Assembly (NCBI RefSeq): GCF_002105155.1
Contig: NW_019029020.1
Location: 248,001-312,000, forward strand
Length of the DNA: 64,000 nucleotides
Source of the DNA: Lobosporangium transversale
Lineage: Eukaryota
Reading direction: 5' to 3'
Shown: positions 26,526 to 36,352 of the stretch, piece after piece
Position numbering within the stretch: the first letter of the stretch is position 1
How the letters are laid out: each line of letters starts with the position of its first letter
Made by a program: the position numbers and the translations under genes
The notes under the pieces: generated by a model
What the model was told of the DNA's origin: nothing
The model's database searches: none
What the model saw: the letters and a program-made list of their open reading frames with translations, nothing else

Positions 26526-27200
26526 TTTTTGTTGACAGGGATGGATTTACGACGGATGTTTGAAAAAAAAATTTTTTTGATACAACTCTGTGTAGGACCT
26601 TGAAAAAATGAGATGTTTTTCAGATGTTAGAAGTCAAGGAGATCAAAAGTTGTTTTTATTATTGTCAAACGAGAGCCTTTTATCAAGGACTCTCTATGAC
26701 CGTCACATGATATTCTGACCTTATGAATAAAAATGGAAGTGCACCTGAGGTGCACTCCCAAGCCTCGGTACGTAACATTCGCCATAGTATCGGCTTGAAA
26801 GGAGGGCAATCTGAGTTGATTCATTCTACCGCATCATAGAGCTTGCTCGGCAAGACTTGATTTGTCACATCATTTGCTTCCTCGTCTTCTTGATATATCT
26901 GGGTTGGTAAACACTGCCAATAGAGTTTGTTGGGCCTGTTGAAACCAGAGGGAACCAGAGGGAACCACAGCAACATATCATACCCAAGATGATACAATAT
27001 CTCTGTTGGAGTGAGTGGTGACCTGTGTGTGGTTCAGATGTAGTGGACATAAACGACGAAAGAATGCATCGAAAGGATGTGAGAGCAAGGAAGAAGGGGT
27101 TGGTATGCCTGTTCAAGTCCTTGGCAAGAGGGCATGAGTAGCAGTTGTGATCACAAGTTGATTTCGGTGAGTCTGCATAACAATGGTAAAGTTTCTAGAC

Positions 27201-27630
27201 CAGTGCTCCTATTCGAACCATTCGAATCGAATTTCACTGATATCGAATTCAATTCGAATGAGGTAAGCTCAAATTCGATTCGAATTCGATTAGATAACAA
27301 AATTCGAATGCTATTCGAATGGTTCGAATGATTCGAGCCTTCGATTTATTCGAACTATTGGCACAATAGTAAATGATAATTTTAAAGATTTTTTTTTTTT
27401 TTTTTGATTGGGTGTAAAGTACAAGGACCATACTTTCGCTACGCGTAACCAGAGGTCCTATTCTAACCATTCGAACCATTCGAATCGAACCAGGATATGG
27501 CTTATTCGAATCGATTCGAATTTATCACGATTCGAATTTATCACGATTCGAATTTATCACGATTCGAATTCGAATCGAATGCATTCGAAGCTATTCGAAT
27601 TTGATCCGTTCGAATCGAATAGGAGCACTG
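27201..27630. mobile_element. Non-autonomous TIR element (MITE, hAT-like) rich in TTCGAA
   Basis: 16-bp TIR CAGTGCTCCTATTCGA, about 19 TTCGAA hexamers and a triple 16-bp tandem repeat. No matching TSD. Confidence 0.8.
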
Positions 27631-30600
27631 GTGCGGAGGATGTCGCCTGAGGAACTGGATGCATTAAAGGAGCAATTAGAAGAGCTGCAGAAGAAAGGCT
27701 TCATTCGGCCCAGTATTTCCCCTTGGTCAGCGCCCGTTGTATTCGCTAGGAAGAAAGACGGAAGCCTCCGTCTGTGTGTAGACTACCGCGCGCTCAATGC
27801 AATTACCGTCAAGAATAAGTACCCTCTGCCACTCATTGATGAATTCTTCGACCGACTCTCAGGTGCAACCGAGTTTTCTAAACTCGATTTGCAATCAGGC
27901 TTCAATCAGATTCGAGTTAACCCCAGCGACGTGGAAAAGACCGCTTTTGGTACCCGCTATGGTCACTTTGAATATTTGGTGATGCCTTTTGGTTTGACTA
28001 ACGCACCTGCGTCCTTCCAGGGGATGATGAATGAAGTTCTGCAAGGCGGTCTAGATAAATTTTGTTTAGTCTTCATGGATGATATCCTAGTATTCAGTCG
28101 CAACCCTGAGGACCATAAGGAACATTTGCGTTGGGTACTTGAACGTCTGGCGAAATATCAACTCAAGGTCAAGATGTCCAAATGCGAATTCGGCAAGCCT
28201 GAACTCCTCTTCTTAGGCCACGTTGTGAGCGGTGAAGGCTTGAAAGTCGACCCCTCAAAGACAGAAAGCATCCAATCATTGACGGCGCCCACCAATGTTC
28301 AAGAGGTTCGTCGATTTTTAGGTATGGCTGGCTACTACCGCAAATTTATTAAAAATTATGCCTCTCGGGCCGCTCCCCTCACAGATCTCACAAAAGAAAA
28401 AGACAACAACAAAATCAAGACCAGACCTCTCCCCTCGCCGTGGGGCGAGAGAGAACAAGCTGCCTTCGACGACCTCAAGCAAGCCCTCGCCTCAGCTCCC
28501 GTTCTACGCCTTGCCGATTTTTCTCGCCCCTTTTTCATCGAGACTGATGCGTCCCTCACTGCCATTGGTGCCGTCCTGAGTCAGGACTTTGGTTCAAACG
28601 GCCGGAAGGAAATGCACCCTATCGCTTTCATGTCGAGGAAATTAGATGAGGGTCAGCAGAAATGGCCAACACATGAGCGCGAATTGTATGCAATTGTGCG
28701 CGCTTGCGACGAATGGCGTACTTATATCCAGGGCAGAACAGTCAACATCTTGACCGACAATCACAGTTTGGTGTTCTTAAAACGAAAAAAAGGCATGAGC
28801 AGACGCATGGCGGGATGGAGCCAACACATGGAGCAACAAGATCATGTTATCATCTATCGTCCGGGCAAGGATAACCCTGTTGCCGATGCTCTTTCTAGGC
28901 CTAATGAGGAGAATACCAAGGACGTCACCTGCAACTTCATGGAACTCGCCAACGGGGAGCTCGGAATAAAAGAGAGTAACCACGACGCAGGTGTTGAGGC
29001 GTTCGAGGAGGCATTATTGATGGCCATGGAAGAGGCAGAGTTTGACGAGACATTGGAAGATATGGATTGGCCTCTATTAATGGTCGAGTATAAGGAAACG
29101 GGCACCCTCGCTGACCCCGCACACCAGGACTTCCTAGGTTTAATGAGGGAGGAAGAGGATAATTTTGTGGTGGAAGACGGGAAAGTGTTTAGAGTGATGG
29201 GTGATACGCAAGTAGAATTTTTAAATTTCGCTCGGCGCGCAGATTACATGGCCAAAATGCATGAAAGTATGGGACACCCCGGTGCGCAAGGCTTATTTGA
29301 ACGCATCCAGCCTAGACATTGGTGGCCTCGTATGCGTGAGAGCATTCAAGAAGCATGCCGTACTTGCAAGGAATGCCAGCTGACTCGCGGAGGAGCAACG
29401 GTCACCGAACCTCTCCACACTTTCTCGGTGGCTAAACCCTTCCAACGCTGGGGTATCGATTTCATCGGACGCTGTCCCAAGACTAAGAATGGAAACATGT
29501 GGATAATAGTCGCTGTAGATTACGCCACTAGCTGGACAATAGCCAAAGCTACGCCTGACGCCACTGCCGAGACAGTCTCAAATTTCATTTATGAGGAAAT
29601 TGTCATGAACTTTGGTTGCCCCGCAGAGCTGATTTCCGATAGAGGCAGTCAGTTCATGTCAGAGGTCCTGCGAGAATATCTTAAGAAGATGAAAGTTAAA
29701 CACCGGCTCACCTCCGCGTATCACCCGCGCACAAATGGCAAAACCGAACGCACTAATGGCATCCTCGGCGCCGCATTAACAAAATACGTCGGTGATAAGA
29801 TGAAGCACAAGTGGGACCTCTTTCTAGATCAGGCACTTTTCGCCTGCCGCACCAGAATACATAGCGTATCTAAGAAGTCACCATTCTACCTAGTCTATGG
29901 AGTCGAGCCCACGATACCTGGCGACCTCACTCGTCCTTATGTATTCGATGGAGCGGTTTTTACAGAGGTTCAAGCTGCGAGAGAGGCCGAGCTTGAAAGA
30001 TTGAGACTTGAGAGGCTATCAAACGAGGAGCGGCAACAGGAAGCCGCAAGGCTCATGGAGGAAAGGTATAATGAGAGACATGACATCGACCCCGAAGCTC
30101 CGAGGCAAGTGTACGAGATTGGCGACTGGGTTTTAGTAAAAAACATAGCGAAAAGGAAATTTGAATACCCTTGGTATGGACCATTGCGTGTCGAGACGAT
30201 TACCCCTTTTGGCGCCTACAAGCTTATCTGGCCCAATGGAAAAGCGAAAATGGACCTTGTGCATAAAGACCGTCTGAAACCAGTGAATCTACCCGCGGGT
30301 AGTCCAGAACCGACGCGCGCATGGTATAAAACCCGCAACAGTCGCGATGAACTCACCATCCCCATGGAGACCATTCAAGAAGAAGACGAGCGAGGGCCTC
30401 AGTCGGAGCCAGAAGTAGGTACAGCAGTGCAACCCATACCCCTCGAAGGTTCATCGCGTACAACGGCCCCATCATCATCAGCAAGGCCCGCAGCTACCGC
30501 ATCGCCCCCTCCTGCGCGACCACCACGTTCCCTCTCAAGGCCCAATCCAAAGATTGACGCCGCAGGGGCGGCTTGGATTTCTCGTGGGGAGTCTGTCCTA

Positions 30601-30652
30601 AATCGAGGCAACTTAAGCTCACGTCCTATAACAAGTGACGTCATGGTAGGTA
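27631..30652 (+). CDS. Pol (RT-RH-IN) fragment of element B, no chromodomain
   Basis: SPWSAP..KKDG, MPFGL, FMDD, ETDAS, HHCC, WGIDF, ISDRG, WYGPL. It begins abruptly at the MITE end. Confidence 0.92.
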
Positions 30653-32252
30653 TGGTGCGTGCCAAAACTGATGCAATAATTTGCATTTTTTAACATTCAT
30701 TCCTCATTCTCCTTTTCCTTTCTAATGATCTTCCCTACCATCACCGCTTCTCATTCTCATTTGTCTCACCTTCGTAGACTGTCATCGCTGTTCTCATCAA
30801 TGACGCAATTAGCGAATAATCGCCATTTGTATAGTCATGTCTCATTGCATCAGTTTTGGTAAAAAGTACATGTCAGGTTTGTCCATCCCTTACTTCTTTC
30901 TTATTCTTTATTCTTTCTTTATAGCACCATCACCACTGATACACCAAGCGACACTCTACATATCTGCCATATCTTTATCATAACATGAAATCATTATCCA
31001 AATCAACTATCCAAAATGCAACTGCTCTACTTCATCAGGGAAAGCCTTCCAGAGAAGTGTCAAAGAGTTTAGGGATATCTGTTACCTCAGCTCAAAGGAT
31101 TAGGAAAAGAGGCAAAGAAAGTATTCCAGTGCTGAGAGGGGGCCGACCCTGCAAAGTCACTAAGAAAACGAAACAGCTTTTATCAAGATTTTTTGACATG
31201 GGTGTATTGGAGACCCTAAAAGATGGCCAACAACTTGTTCAATTGAGGGAAGGAGTGCAGGTTAGTAAATCGAGCATCAGGAGGTTCCTTATGCAGGATG
31301 ATATGGGGGCATATGTAAAACAGAAGCAGCCTGATCTGACGAAGAAGCAAATCTATGCTCGATATAATTTTGCAAAGGATCACTTGGACTGGACTCTAGA
31401 AGACTGGAAGAACGTCATGTTCTCAGATGAGACCATCTTTAGCAGAGTTGGGTCCTGCGGAAGAAAGTACTACTACAAGCATCGATGGGATAAAACTCTA
31501 CGAGCACATCATATCAAAAAGACAAGGCAAGGTGGCGGAGGGAAAATGATGTTCTGGGGTTGTATAACTTACTACGGACCAGGCGATGGCTGCTGGCTCC
31601 AAGAGAAGGTGGATTCGGTAACATACGTCGACGTTCTCAAGGATTATATCTTTAAGTCCAGGGATTACTACTTGATGGATAAGGACAAATTTATATTTCA
31701 GCAGGACAATGCTAGGATTCATACCGGAAGAATAGCAATGACCTATATCCAAAAGTCTAAGATACCTCTCATGGAAGGGCCAGCAAACTCTCCTGACATC
31801 AACCCAATAGAAAACATATGGGCATACATGAAGGTGCAGTTGGATCATTATCCAGACAAGGCAAAGAATATGGAGGATCTCTGGGAGAGAGTCCAAGACG
31901 TATGGACACATATCCCTCCTGAATTCTTACACAAACTATACTGCGGTATGCCGAAGAGGATGAGGGAGTTATATAAGGCTAAAGGAGGGAACATCGTTAG
32001 GGGAAAGGAGAAGTAACAGGAATAAATAAAAACAAGAAGTTGTTAATTGCCATAATAGATGCAATGAGATGCTGAAAGCAAATTGCAATTAAATGCTAAT
32101 TAGGCCACTGATGGCGATGACGATGAGACTCCATGGAGGTGAGACAAATGAGAATGAGAAACGGTGGTGGCAGGGAAGATCATAAAGAGGAAGGAGAATG
32201 AGGAATGAATGTTGAAAAATGCAATTTATTGCATCAGTTTTGGCACGCACTA
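30653..32252 (+). mobile_element. Tc1 element, family B, copy 2 (transposase 30985-32016), inserted in the LTR of element B
   Basis: Near-identical to 19263-20865. TA at 30651-52 and 32253-54. Confidence 0.95.
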
Positions 32253-32488
32253 TAGGACCAGAGGTATACCTATAGTGGTACCCTCAAACCCACCCCGTCC
32301 TGCCTGGACGTGAGCTCAGCCACCCGATCCTCCCCGCTATAATAAATAGTGGACTCTCCGTCCCTGAAGTGTTCCTTACCTTTATCTTGGTACAACACTT
32401 CAGGTATGCAACCTCATTCATCTCAGCACTAGTTACTTGTATAGTATTATATGTATCATAAACTAATAAAGACCTTTATCTTGGTACA

Positions 32489-33166
32489 TTTTTTTTTTCT
32501 TTTTTTCCTGTTAACAAGAACCCACAGAGGTGAGGAATTTTATTTCATAATCTCGCTCTAAAGTAATGATATCGCCCTCAACTATGAAACAAGCGAAACT
32601 CTCAAAGTTCGCACGGGATGGCTGTGAAGAGCCAATTCGTATCCATGTTTTTCTCTACCAATGTACACCGTGATCGGTACTCGAAGTCCATCCTTCCGAT
32701 GTGGCCTGTTGCGCCCGTGAAAAGCCGCGGAGGCTGGCGTGCCGACTCTAGCTAAGGACGACTTTTAATTTTTTCTATTCGATCAAATCCACTGGCATGT
32801 GGACCCAAAACTTGCGGAATTGGTCTGAAATTTCTACTTTGGACTCCGTCAAACTTTGTGATCATCGCTGTCCTAGTCAAGTGGGTGGATGGGGGGATGT
32901 GCTGCCAGATATACCGCTGGTTCGGCTGGGGGGTGGAATATATACCTAAGACATGTGGCCAGCCAGGCGACTTAGGGTAGTGCACCCACGATCTTAGCCT
33001 TAGCGGAGAACACTAGGCTGTCTCGGAGAGAAAGTATAAAAACTCAAGCAAATCCCTGACCTGGCACATGTTTGCTTCACTTTATGTGCCTTAACCAGGA
33101 CTCGAACCCGGCCCCTGGGCTAGACAGGAGGGTGCCCTGACGAGTATACTACTCAGCCATTGGGCC
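32489..33166 (-). mobile_element. tRNA-derived SINE, 678 bp, A-rich tail, 19-bp TSD
   Basis: TSD AGACCTTTATCTTGGTACA at 32470-88 and 33167-85. A box TGGCTGAGTAG (33159-33149), B box GGTTCGAGTCC (33108-33098). Tail of A7-G-A10. Confidence 0.85.
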
Positions 33167-33293
33167 AGACCTTTATCTTGGTACAACACTTCAGTGTGTT
33201 CTATGTATTTGCGTCTCGTTGCGGTTTTTAAGGGCATCTCAATATAACCCCCCGGTTCTTAAGACAGTGATTTTTTCAACCCCTCCATCGGAG

Positions 33294-33366
33294 GCTCGTT
33301 TAGCTTAGTCGGTAGAGCGTCGTGCTAATAACGCGAAGGTCGCAGGTTCGATCCCTGCAATGAGCA
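33294..33366 (+). tRNA. tRNA-Ile (AAT)
   Basis: Complete 73-nt cloverleaf: acceptor GCTCGTT/AATGAGC, anticodon arm TCGTG-CTAATAA-CGCGA, T arm GCAGG-TTCGATC-CCTGC. Followed by TTTT. Confidence 0.96.
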
Positions 33367-33389
33367 TTTTGTTTGGCTTTAGAAAAAAG

Positions 33390-33530
33390 ATATTTGCACG
33401 GGGGCCGTACAAATATTTAAAAAATCTATTTGCACTGCCCCGTACACACCTTATTTACACCGCTCCCCCCGTGCAAATAAATAAAAGTTATTTGCACGGG
33501 GGGTCTTTTTTTTTATTTGTACGGGGTCTT
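33390..33530. repeat. Cluster of TATTTG(C/T)ACGGGG motifs in both orientations
   Basis: Several exact and degenerate copies within about 140 bp. Confidence 0.6.
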
Positions 33531-34196
33531 TATTTTAGCCCTAAACACCATAACCAGGAAGCCTTCCATGACACAGGCTTAGATCTAGAGTCGCTGCCTA
33601 AGCATCAAATACTGACCAGAATATCTTATCAAGTTCGTATGTAGCTCAGAGTAGATGTTGGCATTCTTTATGCGACTGGGACTAAATACAGAATTACAAA
33701 TGATTTATCTATAGTTGAAATATACTATGCAGCTTTACTTTGCACTTTTGGTGGTTGCATTGTTATGGTTCCCCGATGCTTTCTTTCATTTAACGCGTGC
33801 ATACATCTTAGGTATTTCCGTACACTATTAAGCACACAACGATGAATTCAGTTATTAGGAATCTCTAACGTGTAGTTTGTGTCGGTAGATGTACAACCAA
33901 TCATACTACCATACTCATTGCTATGATGCATAGCGCGCCATGTTACTAGTCTCTTTCTTTCCTCTTAGATGTCCTTATCTCTGTCGTCCTTTATTAAGAA
34001 CTCAAGCGCCCTCGGTACTATTTTGTTTATCAAATTCATCAAAATACAATGGGTAGACCTCAGCTTATTTTGTGGAATATCTATCCTCTTACCCGATATT
34101 ACTTGTCTTTTGATAGTTGGTGACAGTTCGCACTCAAAGCCGATCGTGCCACAATCACCTATATCTCTATATCTAAGTGGCTAAGATACTTTAATA

Positions 34197-35807
34197 CAGT
34201 GGCTTCCAATATTGTCCAAGTGTTTCATTCTTCCAAGGGAAAACTATAAGTGTTCAACAGTGAGCAGCGCATGTGCCCTTGAATCTTAGATGGGAGTAAC
34301 CTTGAAGATGTACTTTATCTGCTTTAAACCTATTAGCGCTCCTGCTTGTTTCTGATAGCTTTTCACTACTTTGAAATTTTCCTCTCATTTGGACAATTTT
34401 TTAACCAGCGGTTTTTTTCACCTATCAAAATCTTGTATTGCCCCCTTTCGCCCTTATGACTGCTAACATCCGCTCAGGCATACTTCTTATCAGATTGCGG
34501 CAGACCTCCTTCGGTGTCTCCTCCTCCCATATCTGGCTCACTCTTTCCCAGAGTTCCAGCATGCCTTCTGGAATGGTCCCATGTTCGCGAATTTTTTTTT
34601 TAAATGATCCCACAAATGCTCAATAGGGTTTAGGTCTGGTGAATTGGCAGGCCATGTCAGTATTCTACCTGACGCTCTTGTCAATCCAATAGAGGCAAGG
34701 TAGGTTGTGACTCTCTTAGCCGGATGCTTAGAATCAATGTCTTGTTGGAAGATAAATTGCTCTGGATCAATGTTGTACCAATTCACAGTATTCAATAGCT
34801 CGTCCTGGAGGATACGAATATACAGCTCGGAGTCCAGCGTGGAGTCGATCTTGGCCAAGTAGCCTGGCCCATCCCACGTCATGCAGCCCCAAACCATGAT
34901 CGAACCACCACCATGTTTGACTGTGGGCGAAACTAACTTTGGGTCAATATCGGCCGCCTTCACCTTTGGTTCTTTATTTGTTTCCACCCAAACATAGCGC
35001 ATGCCATCAGAAGATGTCCTACAAATTTTGGACTCATCGGACCAAATTACTCGCTTCCAATCAGCTTCGGTCCAGTCTTTGTGCTGGAGAGCAAAGTCCA
35101 GTCGAGCTTTCTTTTGACGTTTTGTTAGCCTAGGCTTCTTGACGGCTTTTTTAGCTTCCAGGCCTATATCTCTCAGCGCCCGACGCACCGTATTAGCTGA
35201 CACCGGATCTTCGTTCTCATCGTTATAGAGTCTGGTAGCATCGACTGATGAGATTATACCACGGTGAAGCAACAATCGAATATAATATGCATTCCGGTAA
35301 TCGAACTTCCGTGGCCAACCAGCTCTACTTTTACTCCTGGCAGGCCCTAATGTCTTAGAGATATTATGGACTGAGGACTTGGATATGCCTATTTCTGTGG
35401 CAACCTGACGGATGGACTTGTGCTGCTCGAGTAAATGGAGAGCATGCTCAACAACGGAAGCTTTGATTGGCTTCATCTTTGGAGTCTTTAGAAAGAGTAA
35501 CGTAGGCTCCTAGAAGAGTGTAGGTGAAGAGTATCTACTCAAGTGTGTGGGAGATAATTTGAAAAAAATTCAGCAAAGGTGCGTAAAATAAGTGATGGTT
35601 ATATAATTGTCCAAATGAGATTAAATACTTTTGTCAATTAAAAACCATGATGAATGAGACTAGGGATATTTTAACTGGACCAGTACACTTAACATTGGCA
35701 TACTTGTTTATTCTGATATAAATAAAAGTGCAAGCAACCATCGCTATTATTCTAATCAAGATGGAAAACATGGGCGTGAAACATGTGGACAATTTTGGAA
35801 GCCACTG
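34197..35807 (-). mobile_element. Tc1 element, family C; short (~30-bp) TIRs, TA at each end
   Basis: TA-CAGTGGCTTCCAATATTGTCCA ... TGGACAATTTTGGAAGCCACTG-TA. Confidence 0.92.
34425..35476 (-). pseudogene. Tc1 transposase (DD39E), frameshifted at an A-run near 34592-34601
   Basis: WSDESK, QQDID, WPANSPDLNPIEHLW. The C-terminus (SMPERMLAVIRAKGGNTRF) is in another frame, which could be a homopolymer sequencing error. Confidence 0.88.
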
Positions 35808-35809
35808 TA

Positions 35810-36088
35810 TAAGGCTAAAGGAGAGAACATCGTTAGGGGAAAGGAGAAGTAACAGGAATAAATAAAAACAAGAAGTTGTTAATTGCCATAATAGATGCAA
35901 TGAGATGCTGAAAGCAAACTGCAATTAAATACTAATTAGGCCACTGATGGCGATGACGATGAGACTCCATGGAGATGAGACAAATGAGAATGAGAAACGG
36001 TGGTGGCAGGGAAGATCATAAGGAAGAAGAAGGAGAATGAATGAATGTTGAAAAATGTAATTTATTGCATCAGTTTTGGCACGCACTA
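35810..36088 (+). mobile_element. 3' fragment and right TIR of a third Tc1-B copy
   Basis: Matches ~20585-20865 with a few substitutions and ends CACGCACTA-TA. Confidence 0.9.
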
Positions 36089-36352
36089 TAGACAGTGCTC
36101 CTATTCGATTCGAACGGTTCGAATAAGCCATATTGCAAAAGTCAAGGTAGTGTTCTAGGGGGATCTAAGGGTGCAATAAAGGTATCTTTATTCAGGGGGA
36201 ACTATGCTACAGAACTAGATAGAAAAGTAGACCTATTTATACTAGTTAATGTCCTGTTGCAAGGAATGCTCTAGAAATATGGGCGAAATACTATGTTGCA
36301 CAAAATTATTATAGTGATTTCGCTTGCATCCTTCCCGTCATGAAGAAACCTA

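Larger units (their letters stand above)
17917..26777 (-). mobile_element. Full-length Ty3/Gypsy chromovirus, element A; 169-bp LTRs, TSD TTCGC; contains a nested Tc1 and a solo LTR
   Basis: LTRs 17917-18085 and 26609-26777 are TG..CA and appear identical. TTCGC at 17912-16 and 26778-82. PPT next to 18086. Confidence 0.96.
27631..33266 (+). mobile_element. 5'-truncated Ty3/Gypsy element B: pol plus 3' LTR (30594-33266, with nested Tc1-B and SINE)
   Basis: PPT-like GTGGGGAG before TGTCCTAA (30594). The inferred end TTAAGACA (33266) is a 7/8 inverted match to that start. The net LTR is about 374 bp. Confidence 0.8.

Noticed and set aside
27201..27630. TTCGAA arrays as heat-shock elements or a CRISPR array
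   Set aside because: The spacing does not fit nGAAnnTTCn, there is no regular repeat-spacer period, the context is eukaryotic, and TIRs explain the array.
32700..32760. HDV-like ribozyme in the SINE body (minus strand CCAGCCTCCGCGGC)
   Set aside because: It resembles P3/L3, but I could not find a matching P1 strand or a complete double pseudoknot.
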